A DNA stretch of 64,000 nucleotides from Alphaproteobacteria bacterium (GTDB lineage: Bacteria > Pseudomonadota > Alphaproteobacteria > Rickettsiales > SXRF01), in assembly GCA_020049775.1 (NCBI GenBank), contig JAGVLO010000008.1, positions 83,790 through 147,789 on the forward strand. Reading direction: 5' to 3'. The notes under the pieces were generated by a model that did not search any database, had not been told where the DNA came from, and saw only the letters and a program-made list of their open reading frames with translations. Both the position numbers and the translations under genes were made by a program. Below are positions 18,655-28,265 of the stretch, piece by piece. How positions within the stretch are numbered: position 1 is the stretch's first letter; every line of letters begins with the position of its first letter.

Positions 18655-19422
18655 ATGCCGTCCATTGAACACTTGCTGAAAAGGCCTATCCAGAAGCGCC
18701 CTGACGCCGTGCTGTTCGATTGGGATGATACGCTGTTTGATCATGCGCATTATGTTCATGAACTTTCGATAAAACTAATGGATGCTATTGGGGAAAAACC
18801 ACATCCAAGCGTCGAAGAAATGAATGCACTTTGGCACAAAAACAAAGATTTGTGCTGCAAAACCTATTTTCCTGGTCATACGCCTGATGATGTTTTAAAA
18901 GTCTGGGGCAAGTTCATGAAAGAAATGCCGCAAGAAAGACTGGTGTTGTTTCCCGACACCATCGAAGTGCTGGAGAGCCTTAAAAGCAAAGGGATTCCAA
19001 TATTGATGGTCAGCAATAAAGGACCGGAGATACTCCATCGGGAATTAGAGCATTTCGGACTTAGCCACTATTTTGAAGCAATTGTCGGGGGACATGACGA
19101 ACGTAAAAACAGGAAACCCAGCTTCTATCCTATCGAAAAGGCACTCAATGAAGCAAATAATAGAAGACTGGCGCGCGGTGAAAAAAAGTTGATGCTTGGT
19201 AATTTATGGTATGTCGGCGACCATTCGGATGATGCCGGAGCCGCCCGTAGCGACGGCATACAACGTTTTATCGTTGGCGAAAAAAATCATGACATAATTA
19301 AAAATCACCACGATGACAATGATCCGCTGGGAGGTATTGTGTATCTTAAAGGACTAAATGAATTTAAGGATATATTAAATAGCATACCGGACGAAAAAAG
19401 AGAAAATGTGATAAGCCGATGA
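18655..19422 (+). CDS. HAD-superfamily hydrolase (phosphoglycolate-phosphatase-like)
   Basis: HAD motif I (AVLFDWDDTLFD), motif II (MVSNK) and motif IV (GDHSDD). Lies between pepA and holC. Confidence 0.7.
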   Translation: MPSIEHLLKRPIQKRPDAVLFDWDDTLFDHAHYVHELSIKLMDAIGEKPHPSVEEMNALWHKNKDLCCKTYFPGHTPDDVLKVWGKFMKEMPQERLVLFPDTIEVLESLKSKGIPILMVSNKGPEILHRELEHFGLSHYFEAIVGGHDERKNRKPSFYPIEKALNEANNRRLARGEKKLMLGNLWYVGDHSDDAGAARSDGIQRFIVGEKNHDIIKNHHDDNDPLGGIVYLKGLNEFKDILNSIPDEKRENVISR

Positions 19423-19874
19423 CCGCTGTACAATTTTATCATTTGCTGACTTCCCCGCTCGATCGTGCGCTGCCAAAGCTGCTCGAAAAAGCCTATGGCG
19501 CTGGCTTCAGGGTGTTGTTGGTAACCAGCTCCGAGGAACATGCAGAGCATTTAAACCAACTGCTATGGACCTATAATCAGGATAGCTTCCTGCCACACGG
19601 CAGCGCCAAGGACGGGCATGGCGAATCCCAGCCGATTTTTATCTCCACTACCAGCGAATCGCCCAATAATGCGCGCGTACTGGTGATCACCGACGGCAGC
19701 ACGCCGGAGAATGCCGAATCGTTCGAGCGCATTCTCGACATGTTCGACGGTAATAACGCGGAAGCGCTGGCCAAGGCACGCCAACGCTGGGTTTTATATA
19801 AAAATAATGGCCATTCAGTTACTTATATGCGCCAGACGGAAAGCGGCGGCTGGGAACAAAAAGCGGTTGCATGA
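19419..19874 (+). CDS. holC: DNA polymerase III chi subunit
   Basis: FYHL......LP.LLEKA...G.RVL......E....L...LWTY...SFLPHG pattern. Conserved position downstream of pepA. Confidence 0.8.
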   Translation: MTAVQFYHLLTSPLDRALPKLLEKAYGAGFRVLLVTSSEEHAEHLNQLLWTYNQDSFLPHGSAKDGHGESQPIFISTTSESPNNARVLVITDGSTPENAESFERILDMFDGNNAEALAKARQRWVLYKNNGHSVTYMRQTESGGWEQKAVA

Positions 19875-19900
19875 GCAGCTATAACAGCTATTAACCCAGC

Positions 19901-21499
19901 ATGTCCGCACTAACCGCCACATCGCCCGCACCCATCGCCCAGCGCCGTACCTTTGCGATTATCTCGCATCCCGACGCCGGTAAAACCACGCTGACCGAAA
20001 AGCTGTTGCTGTTCGGCGGCGCGATTCATTTAGCGGGCGCGGTAAAAGCAAAAAAAGGCGGCCAGTCTGCCCGCTCCGACTGGATGGCGATTGAACAGCA
20101 GCGCGGTATTTCCGTCACCGCCTCGGTGATGACGTTTGAATATAACAACCACACCATCAACCTGCTCGATACACCCGGCCACAAAGACTTCTCGGAAGAC
20201 ACGTACCGCACACTGACGGCTGTCGATTCTGCCGTTATGGTACTCGACGGCGCCAAGGGCATCGAGGAACAGACGCTTAAATTGTTCGAGGTCTGCCGCC
20301 TGCGCGACACGCCGGTGATTACTTTCATCAACAAGATGGACCGCGACACCAAAGAACCCTTCGAACTGCTCGACGAAATCGAAAAAACGCTGGCGCTCGA
20401 TGTCTGCCCCATCACATGGCCGATTGGCATGGGCGGGCGCTTCCGTGGCTGTTTTAACGTGATGACAGACACGCTCTATTTATTCGATGACAATAGCGGC
20501 GCACGCATTGTCGAAGCCATTCAGTTCAAGGGTGCAGACGACCCAACGCTCGATGAACATATTCCCGCTGCCGAGCTGGCTAAGTTCCGCGAGGAAGTGG
20601 CCATGGTCAAAGCCATTTATCCGGACTTCAATAAACAGTCCTATCTGGAGGGGCATTTAACGCCTGTGTTTTTCGGCAGCGCCATCAATAATTTCGGTGT
20701 GCGCGAATTGCTGGAAGCATTGTGCGACCTCGCGCCGCCGCCGCGTGTGCAAGCCGCCGACCCGCGCGCCATTAAGCCTGAAGAGCCTAAATTCACCGGC
20801 TTCGTGTTCAAGATTCAGGCCAACATGGACAAGAACCACCGCGACCGTATTGCTTTCGTGCGCATCTGCTCCGGCAAATATACGCGTGGCATGAAAGTGT
20901 TGCATGTGCGCTCCGGCAAAACGCTTGCGCTCAATAATCCGGTATTGTTCCTTGCACGTGAGCGCGAACTGGCAGAAGAGGCATGGCCGGGCGATATTCT
21001 CGGCATTCCCGGCCACGGCCATCTGCATATCGGCGATGCGCTAACCGAAGGCGAACAGCTTTACTTCACTGGCATCCCCAATTTCGCGCCTGAACTGTTT
21101 CAGCGCGTGCGTCTGGATGACCCGCTGAAATCCAAGCAGCTGAAGGCAGCGCTTGAGCAATTATCAGAAGAAGGCGCATCACAGATTTTCAAGCCGCTTG
21201 ATGGCTCAAGCTGGATTATCGGCGTAGTCGGCGCGTTGCAGTTCGACGTAATTGCCTCGCGCCTTGCCAGCGAATATGGCGTGAAGGGCAGCTTTGAAGC
21301 CGTGCAATACACCACAGCACGCTGGCTCAAATGCGCCAACAAAAATAAATTGCAGGAATTTTGCGACAAAAATAAATACAACACCGCCGAAGACGCCAGC
21401 GGCCAGCTCGCTTACCTCGCACCCAACGCATGGCATCTTCAACGCATCCAGCAGGACTGGCCGGATATCGAATTCCTGAAAACACGCGAAAACCGCTAA
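19901..21499 (+). CDS. prfC: peptide chain release factor 3
   Basis: RRTFAIISHPDAGKTTLTEKLLLFGGAI...DWM..E..RGIS...DTPGH is the translational GTPase RF3 signature. 532 aa. Confidence 0.95.
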   Translation: MSALTATSPAPIAQRRTFAIISHPDAGKTTLTEKLLLFGGAIHLAGAVKAKKGGQSARSDWMAIEQQRGISVTASVMTFEYNNHTINLLDTPGHKDFSEDTYRTLTAVDSAVMVLDGAKGIEEQTLKLFEVCRLRDTPVITFINKMDRDTKEPFELLDEIEKTLALDVCPITWPIGMGGRFRGCFNVMTDTLYLFDDNSGARIVEAIQFKGADDPTLDEHIPAAELAKFREEVAMVKAIYPDFNKQSYLEGHLTPVFFGSAINNFGVRELLEALCDLAPPPRVQAADPRAIKPEEPKFTGFVFKIQANMDKNHRDRIAFVRICSGKYTRGMKVLHVRSGKTLALNNPVLFLARERELAEEAWPGDILGIPGHGHLHIGDALTEGEQLYFTGIPNFAPELFQRVRLDDPLKSKQLKAALEQLSEEGASQIFKPLDGSSWIIGVVGALQFDVIASRLASEYGVKGSFEAVQYTTARWLKCANKNKLQEFCDKNKYNTAEDASGQLAYLAPNAWHLQRIQQDWPDIEFLKTRENR

Positions 21500-21541
21500 G
21501 CATTTACCCCTTCCGGTGCATGCCTGCCTGTCCCATACTGA

Positions 21542-21967
21542 GTGCCTATGTCTGCATGGCCCTTACTGATTGACCCCGTTTCGCGACTGCTCGATAAGAT
21601 CATCCCCGATCCGGATGCGCGTGTCCGCGCGCAAGCAGAGTTGCTAAAATCCGAGCGCGAAAGCGATCTTGAATCGCTGCGGCTTGCACTTAGCGCCGAC
21701 CAGCTACAAACCGCCATCAACACGCAGGAAGCCGGACATGCTAACCTGTTTGTCAGCGGTTGGCGGCCTTTTATCGGCTGGGTGTGCGGCGTGGCCTTTG
21801 CCTATCATTTTATATTGCAGCCCCTGCTTGCATTTATTATCGACAATAGCGGCGGTAATGCCAAACTACCCACATTCGAGATGCAGGAGCTATCTACGGT
21901 ATTGATGGGTATGCTGGGGTTGGGCGGATTAAGAACGATTGAAAAACTTCGCACATCTGCTAAATAA
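21542..21967 (+). CDS. 3TM-type holin (GTA_holin_3TM / DUF3154 family)
   Basis: N-terminal IPDPDARVRAQAELLK... coiled segment, then QTAINTQEA......SGWRPFIGWVCG and further TM helices. This matches the family described for gene-transfer-agent release holins. From memory of the family, not searched. Confidence 0.6.
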   Translation: MPMSAWPLLIDPVSRLLDKIIPDPDARVRAQAELLKSERESDLESLRLALSADQLQTAINTQEAGHANLFVSGWRPFIGWVCGVAFAYHFILQPLLAFIIDNSGGNAKLPTFEMQELSTVLMGMLGLGGLRTIEKLRTSAK

Positions 21968-22129
21968 GCCCTATGAAATCACTGCTTCAATTCTTTACCC
22001 GCCTGTTTCGCCGCGAAAGTACATGGGACAGCTATGATTATGGCAAGCCCAGCGCGGCGAACGACGATTTTCGTAAAAATAACGAAGTATAGGCTTTACT
22101 GCGCAGTGCTGATTATGTTCAGGCGCGGG

Positions 22130-22261
22130 TGTAGGAGTAATGTATAAGCCTAGCCCTCGTACTTCAGTGTCGTAGAAGTAGATTCTGGTTCTACTTTTGG
22201 CATTGGAATTGGTTAGATTGGAAATAGTTTTGATTGTGAAATTAAAGCGGTTTTTGGTCAT
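22130..22261 (-). pseudogene. tyrosine integrase N-terminal (DUF4102 arm-binding) fragment
   Basis: The first ~43 aa (FTIKTISNL...RIYFYDTEVRGLGLYITPT) match the N-terminus of P4-type integrases. Similarity stops at an 11-bp copy of the tRNA 5' end, and the rest of the 88-aa ORF is unrelated. Confidence 0.5.
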
Positions 22262-22361
22262 AAGCTGGTTCTACTCTGGTTCTACTTTTGGACAAAAAAT
22301 CCTAAGTAAAACCTCCAGCCTTGCCTTCTTAGACCAACCTAACCCTTTGTACTTTAGATAC

Positions 22362-22435
22362 GCGGGTGTAGTTCAATGGTAGAACGGCAGCTTCCCAAGC
22401 TGCATACGAGGGTTCGATTCCCTTCACCCGCTCCA
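22362..22435 (+). tRNA. tRNA-Gly (anticodon CCC), CCA encoded
   Basis: Cloverleaf readable by eye: acceptor GCGGGTG/CACCCGC, D-arm TAGTTCAATGGTAGAAC, anticodon stem GCAGC/GCTGC with loop TTCCCAA, T-arm GAGGGTTCGATTCCCTT, then discriminator T and CCA. Confidence 0.9.
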
Positions 22436-22585
22436 TTAATCAAAGCCATTTTTTGGCTTGGGTTAATGGAATGAGTGGAAAGAACCCGGAAAGAGGGTTC
22501 GTAATTTTTGCAGGAAGCAAAAATTGACGGCGCAGCGCAAGGCGCGAGCCGCCGCTTGACGGCGTGAAGCCAGCAGGCGAACGTC

Positions 22586-22604
22586 ATTCCCTTCACCCGC
22601 TCCA
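22586..22604 (+). repeat. 19-bp direct repeat of the tRNA-Gly 3' end (att-like scar)
   Basis: ATTCCCTTCACCCGCTCCA at 22417-22435 (tRNA 3' end) is repeated exactly at 22586-22604. Confidence 0.65.
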
Positions 22605-22659
22605 CCTACACAAATATATAGTTGCCTAATAATATTCACATTGTATTTTGCTGCACAAG

Positions 22660-23076
22660 ATGAAGTGTCGCTATAAATACGTTACCTGCGTTGTATTGCT
22701 TGCGTTCCTGCTGAACCTAGCGCTGCCTTTTCTCGCTGTTTATAATGTCAAGGCAGAACATTCCTACGCCAAACAGATGTCGGAAATGTTTGGCGAGAAG
22801 GTGCTTATCTGCACAGCCACCGGCTTCAAATGGGTTACATGGCAGGACCTGCAGAACGGCAAAGAAGATCAGACACCGCACCCTGACTATAAATGCGCGC
22901 TTTGTTATCTGGCGGCGCATGGCCTCAAATATGTTACCGCGCCAAATACCATTGCGGTTGGTTATGGTTTTCTGCAAGGCAATACAGGTGTGCTGCCCTA
23001 CTCCTATCACCCGCCTGCCTTCCACCGGCAATCATCCCTTCATACACGCGCTCCACCCCATTCCATTATTGGCTAA
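22660..23076 (+). CDS. DUF2946 family protein
   Basis: N-terminal TM/signal segment, an internal LICTATG and a paired-Cys motif (KCALCYLAAHG) are typical of DUF2946. ATG at 22660 preferred over TTG at 22648. Confidence 0.55.
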   Translation: MKCRYKYVTCVVLLAFLLNLALPFLAVYNVKAEHSYAKQMSEMFGEKVLICTATGFKWVTWQDLQNGKEDQTPHPDYKCALCYLAAHGLKYVTAPNTIAVGYGFLQGNTGVLPYSYHPPAFHRQSSLHTRAPPHSIIG

Positions 23077-23150
23077 TTCTTAAATTCCAATGTTCCTGCC
23101 ATGCATTTGCGCGCGGCGGGCTGTTGTCATGTCAATAATGGAGTCTGATA

Positions 23151-24119
23151 ATGTATGTTTTTACTACAGGCGGATACCGCCTGCCTGCAGCTATTATGGC
23201 TGTTTTCTTTATATTTTCTTCACCAGCTCATGCCAGTTGCGGAGCAGCCTACTGCCCGGTAAACACCCAGTGGAATACCCAGGGCATTTGGACTGAGCCG
23301 GGCTGGCGCGCTGACCTGCGCTACGAATTTGTTCCACAAACGCAACCACGTACACAGGACAGTCGTATTGCTGTCGGCCAAATCCGGCGGCACCACGATG
23401 AAGTCCGTACTATCAATCAAAATCTATTGGCCACTTTGGACTATGGATTTTCTAACCGCTGGGGCGTAAGTGTTGCTTTGCCATTTTCTAAACGTGAGCA
23501 TACGCATATTCATAACCATGGGGGAAGCCAGTTTATTGAGCAATGGGATTTCACAGAAATGGGAGACACACAGCTCATGGGACGCTACCAGCTTCAAGAC
23601 TGGAACAAACCTTATGTGTTTGGGTTGTATTTCGGTACAAAGCTGCCTACAGGTAAGTTCACGATTGAAAATCGCGCGGGAGATCGTGCAGAGCGTACAT
23701 TGCAGCCAGGCACAGGAACGATTGACGGATTAGTCGGTTTTTACCTTCGGCAGAATTTTCCTGAATCGCAATCATCATGGTTTATGCAAGCTATTTTACA
23801 ACAGCCTTTTAATGAACGCGATGAATATAAACCCGGAGAAAGCATATCGCTCGATATCGGATACAGGTATGATATAAGCCAGCGCCTAAGCCTCATGCTA
23901 CAACTCAACAATCAATATAAAGACCATGACAGCGGTCAGGATGCAGAAGCCCGTGACAGCGGTGGCCATAGTATTTCTTTAAGTCCTGGTATCAGTTATG
24001 GCCTTACTGAGACTGTACAGTTATACAGCTTTGTCCAGAAACCGGTATATCAATATGTAAATGGTGTACAGATAACGCCGGAATGGTCGGTAATTACCGG
24101 TATAAGTTTGCATTTCTAA
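23151..24119 (+). CDS. outer-membrane beta-barrel protein (MetA-pathway/transporter-like OMP family)
   Basis: Signal peptide ending AHA. Alternating beta-strand pattern with a C-terminal aromatic residue (ISLHF). A Cys pair (SCGAAYC) sits at the mature N-terminus. Confidence 0.6.
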   Translation: MYVFTTGGYRLPAAIMAVFFIFSSPAHASCGAAYCPVNTQWNTQGIWTEPGWRADLRYEFVPQTQPRTQDSRIAVGQIRRHHDEVRTINQNLLATLDYGFSNRWGVSVALPFSKREHTHIHNHGGSQFIEQWDFTEMGDTQLMGRYQLQDWNKPYVFGLYFGTKLPTGKFTIENRAGDRAERTLQPGTGTIDGLVGFYLRQNFPESQSSWFMQAILQQPFNERDEYKPGESISLDIGYRYDISQRLSLMLQLNNQYKDHDSGQDAEARDSGGHSISLSPGISYGLTETVQLYSFVQKPVYQYVNGVQITPEWSVITGISLHF

Positions 24120-24254
24120 TGCGGCACAAGGCAGGAAGATGGTATGTTATGCTGTCATTTAAATAGTATCTTCCTGCCACAACCCCATATGGATTGCGCC
24201 TTATCATAAATTCCCCTAAATTGTGATGCATCCATTGCATCGAAGGGGAAAAGC

Positions 24255-25718
24255 ATGAAACCAGCAGTCAGCGTACAAGACCCCGTTGCCGGTCAGCTCC
24301 AGGCGCTGTTTGATGTGCTGCAGCAACATCCAGCCAGCGAAGCAGCGCTGTCGGCGTTCCTTGATCTTGGCGTAAAACATAACCGCCTTGATATACTTGA
24401 GCAGCACCTCTCCGCTTTGGCCAAACGCAACAAACCATCGCTGCGGCTATGCGCCATCCTTGCCGATATTTATGAGCGGCAAAGGAACTTTGAGAAAGCC
24501 GCTGCCAATATCCGTGGGCTTTTTCGCTGCGACGGCCATAAGACAGAAGATATGTATAACGCTGCCGGACGTATCCTGCCGCGCACAGAGCAAATAGCGG
24601 ACCTCCAGCTTTGCTGCCAGTTATTAGAAAATGGAATACGCGAATATCCGCAAAGCCCGGGCATTGTGCATAACCTGATAGAATCCATCCAGATGCTTGG
24701 GAGGCACGAAGAGGTGTTACCTATCTATCGCGACGCTATAAAGCGCATGCCCGCTGATGACACGCTTTATTTTGGCCTCGGGCTGGTAGAAATGGTGACC
24801 TCTAACCTTTCGTCGGGTTTTGAGCCATACAAACACCGGTTCAACCTTCCCCGATTCAAGGCCGAAACACCATACATCCCATGGCCACAGTGGAAAGGTG
24901 AGCCACTGGCGGGCAAAAAAATCTACGTCTGGGCGGAGCAAGGCGTGGGCGACATCACCATGTGGGGGGGACTTTTACCATGGCTGGTTGAACAGGGCGC
25001 AAATGTCACCTGTGCCGTATCGCGCCGGATGATGCCGCTTTTTGTGCGCAGCTTCCCTGCTATTGCTATTGTTGAAAAATCACTGGCCTTGACCAAGACG
25101 ACCCATGAAGCGGGATACGATTACCAATGCCCCATGGGTAATTTGATGGAATATACCCTGCCCCACTATAAGCCCTCATCGCGACCTGCTTACCTGATTG
25201 CCGATAAAGAAGCCGTAGCCCGAAAAAGAGCTGAATATCTCGCGCTAAAACCCACCGCAAAAAAAATTGTCGGCCTGTCGTGGCATAGTGTGGTCGAAAC
25301 CGGATGGCGAAGGAATATCCCCATTGAACTTTTCCACCCGCTGATAAACGACCCGGAAGTTGTATGCATCGCCTTGCAATATAACCAGCAACTGGGAGAC
25401 ACAGGTCATTTCAACCAACAGAACACCCAGCAAATCCATACCGATTTTTCATTTATTCCCATTGATGACATCGACCTTTGGGCCACCCAGCACGCCGCCA
25501 TGGACGAAGTACTTACCATCCAGAATTCCAGCACTCATCTTGCGGGAGCGCTTGGTACTCCCACTTCACTTTTCCTTTCCACCTATGGCGCATGGCACTG
25601 GGGCAATGGCAGCACGTCTAACTATTGGTATAACAGCGTTACGGTTTACAGACAGCAACCGGGACAAAAATGGAAATCACTAATCAGGGAATCGCAGCTA
25701 ATACAGAAAGATATCTAG
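24255..25718 (+). CDS. TPR-repeat protein with C-terminal glycosyltransferase family 9-like domain
   Basis: The N-terminal half is helical and repeat-rich. The C-terminal half (GKKIYVWAEQGVGDITMWGGLLPWL...IVGLSWHS) resembles the GT9-like domain fused to TPRs in many alphaproteobacteria. Confidence 0.5.
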   Translation: MKPAVSVQDPVAGQLQALFDVLQQHPASEAALSAFLDLGVKHNRLDILEQHLSALAKRNKPSLRLCAILADIYERQRNFEKAAANIRGLFRCDGHKTEDMYNAAGRILPRTEQIADLQLCCQLLENGIREYPQSPGIVHNLIESIQMLGRHEEVLPIYRDAIKRMPADDTLYFGLGLVEMVTSNLSSGFEPYKHRFNLPRFKAETPYIPWPQWKGEPLAGKKIYVWAEQGVGDITMWGGLLPWLVEQGANVTCAVSRRMMPLFVRSFPAIAIVEKSLALTKTTHEAGYDYQCPMGNLMEYTLPHYKPSSRPAYLIADKEAVARKRAEYLALKPTAKKIVGLSWHSVVETGWRRNIPIELFHPLINDPEVVCIALQYNQQLGDTGHFNQQNTQQIHTDFSFIPIDDIDLWATQHAAMDEVLTIQNSSTHLAGALGTPTSLFLSTYGAWHWGNGSTSNYWYNSVTVYRQQPGQKWKSLIRESQLIQKDI

Positions 25719-25868
25719 TTTTTCCTAAATTAGGCGATTGGTTAACACGAATATTCAGCATGTAATAAAACTAGCAAGCACGCTGTTTTCCGTCAGGCAT
25801 TTACTGTTTATTAGATATTTGCGCCCTAAATTCTATCTTGGTGTCTAACTCATTCTCCACGAGCTCAT

Positions 25869-28244
25869 ATGAACAAACTTTCCATCCGCACGCGCATGCT
25901 GCTGGTGCTGATTATCCTAGGCATGCCTATTTTTATCATTGGCGGCCAGTTCGGTCTTAGCCTGTATGAGGATATAAAATTCCTTAAAAAGGAGCAGGCA
26001 GGTGTTGCCTACACCAAGCCATTAATGACATTGCTGGATGAGGTGGCTGACTACCAAATAACTGCAATGAAAGCACGCGACGGCAACAGAAACGCAGCCG
26101 ACGACATGAAAGAGGGAGAGCAGGCAATAAATGCTGCACTGGCAGATCTTGCAGTCCTAGACAAGCAATATAGTGAAATGCTCGCCACCTCTACAGAAGC
26201 CATGGCCAAAAATAATGTTCAGACACCAACAGTTGATGCAATAGCAAAGCAATGGACGTCTATTGCCGCATCGCCTGAAAATAGTGAAGCTTATGTAAAA
26301 ATATTAGGTGGAATTACCGCACTCATCGCACATGCGGGCAACAGCTCCAATCTCATTCTGGACCCTGTGCTTGACAGCTATTATCTCGTCGATGTAGGCA
26401 TCGCGGCAATGCCCAGTGTCTTGCACAAAATTGCTACCATCAAATCTTATGTTTACGCCGCATTACGTAACAACGACAATATGCTTCCTGCAGATGAAAG
26501 CCTCAAAGCAAAAATAATTTCTGATGTGTATGATGTTGAAAATAACATGGTGGCGCGTGTAAAAGCCAGCATCGGGACCTCAATTGGAAGTGATGCGGCT
26601 TTCAACGGCGTAAGTCCTAGCCTTAAGCCAACGCTTGAGCCGATGACCGCCGAGTACGAGAAACATGCCCTTGCTATGCTGACGGCCATGAAAAGCCTCA
26701 CCCATGGACAAACCATGACGCCTGCGCAATTTATTGAGGTTGCGGATGTATTCCACGATGGCACGGCTGACTTCGCACGTTCCACTCTGGACGAGTTGGA
26801 TAAACTTCTAAAAATGCGTGAAGCCGACCTGATAAACGAGATTTTGCTTAGCCTTGCCGCCAACACAGTACTGGTAGGATTTGCACTGATTGCATTTATG
26901 CTTGTTTCCAACAGTATTGCATCACCCATGCGCGAACTTTCGACCAAGCTTGGTAAGCTCGCCGACGGCGACACATTGGTTGATATCGACGAAAAGTCCG
27001 GCAAAGATGAAATCAGCACGCTGTTTAACATCGCCGTAAAGCTCAAGGATAGTTTTACCAAAGCCTTCCTCTTACAGCAGATGGTGCAGGACATGCCCAC
27101 AAGCGTGGTAACCGTTGATGTAAAGGATAACTTTAAAATCAACTATGTGAACGGTGCCGCCAAGAATACCCTTGTTTCTCTGGAGCAGTTTCTTTCAACC
27201 AAAGCTGTAAACATTCTGGGTGCGCCTATGGACAAAATACACAGCACATTTGAAGACGAGCGTCATATTGTATCCGACCCCAGCAAGCTGCCACACCGCT
27301 CAAAAATTCTCATTGGCTCTGAAACACTTGATATGATGTCATCGCCTATCCGCTCCAAGGGCGGTGATTATATCGGCGCCATGCTTACGTGGAATATTAT
27401 TTCGGCAAAAGAGCAGCTGGCGCATGACTTTGAACGTGATGTCAAAGGCATTGTGAACATGGTCGCCGCAGCCGCAACACAGCTATCGCAAACGGCGCGG
27501 GCAATGGCAGGTTCTGTGCAGAAAAGCGCCGACCTTGCATCCACCGCAACCGATGCGGCAACACAAACCACTGCGAACGTACAATCTGTTGCCTCCGCAT
27601 CAGAAGAATTGTCAGCATCCATTCGCGATATTTCTGCCCAGTTGCAGCGCACCTCCGACCTTGTGAACCAGTCTAACGAAAAAGCATCTAATGCAGACAG
27701 GCTGGCCACATCGCTCAAAACTGCCACTGCCCGCGTTAATGACGTGATGGAATTGATTTCAAGCATTGCAGGCCAGATCAACTTGCTGGCACTTAACGCC
27801 ACCATTGAATCTGCACGCGCCGGTGAAGCAGGTAAAGGCTTTGCTGTTGTGGCAAGCGAAGTCAAAAGTCTCGCCAGCCAAACGGATAAATCAATAGCAG
27901 AAATTCAAACAGTAATGGGTGAAATGCGCAGCGCCTCTGAAGATATCGCCCGGGCGCTGGCAGATATCAGCGGTTCCGTAAGCGATATTTCAGGCGCCAC
28001 CACCATGGTCGCCTCGGCAGTGGAAGAACAGTCCGCGACGACCAATGACATTGCCCGAAACATGCAAACGGCAGCCTCGGGTACTCAGCTCATTGTAGAT
28101 AATCTTGGTTCAGTCAATACCTCATCTACCGAAGCTTCGGGCGCGGCATCACAAATGCTCGCTGCGTCAGAGGAACTCTCGCGCCAGGCCGAGAAATTGA
28201 ATGCACAGGTAGATGCGTTCATGGAAAGAATTGCCGCGGCCTAA
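25869..28244 (+). CDS. methyl-accepting chemotaxis protein
   Basis: N-terminal TM, large periplasmic domain, second TM, HAMP, PAS-like segment, and the highly conserved MA signalling hairpin ([37 protein letters not shown]). Confidence 0.9.
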   Translation: MNKLSIRTRMLLVLIILGMPIFIIGGQFGLSLYEDIKFLKKEQAGVAYTKPLMTLLDEVADYQITAMKARDGNRNAADDMKEGEQAINAALADLAVLDKQYSEMLATSTEAMAKNNVQTPTVDAIAKQWTSIAASPENSEAYVKILGGITALIAHAGNSSNLILDPVLDSYYLVDVGIAAMPSVLHKIATIKSYVYAALRNNDNMLPADESLKAKIISDVYDVENNMVARVKASIGTSIGSDAAFNGVSPSLKPTLEPMTAEYEKHALAMLTAMKSLTHGQTMTPAQFIEVADVFHDGTADFARSTLDELDKLLKMREADLINEILLSLAANTVLVGFALIAFMLVSNSIASPMRELSTKLGKLADGDTLVDIDEKSGKDEISTLFNIAVKLKDSFTKAFLLQQMVQDMPTSVVTVDVKDNFKINYVNGAAKNTLVSLEQFLSTKAVNILGAPMDKIHSTFEDERHIVSDPSKLPHRSKILIGSETLDMMSSPIRSKGGDYIGAMLTWNIISAKEQLAHDFERDVKGIVNMVAAAATQLSQTARAMAGSVQKSADLASTATDAATQTTANVQSVASASEELSASIRDISAQLQRTSDLVNQSNEKASNADRLATSLKTATARVNDVMELISSIAGQINLLALNATIESARAGEAGKGFAVVASEVKSLASQTDKSIAEIQTVMGEMRSASEDIARALADISGSVSDISGATTMVASAVEEQSATTNDIARNMQTAASGTQLIVDNLGSVNTSSTEASGAASQMLAASEELSRQAEKLNAQVDAFMERIAAA

Positions 28245-28265
28245 TTACTGAAAAGCAGAAAGCGC

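Noticed and set aside
22354-22605. 83-aa ORF overlapping tRNA-Gly
   Set aside because: It overlaps the whole tRNA and the att-scar region on the opposite strand, with no coding signal.
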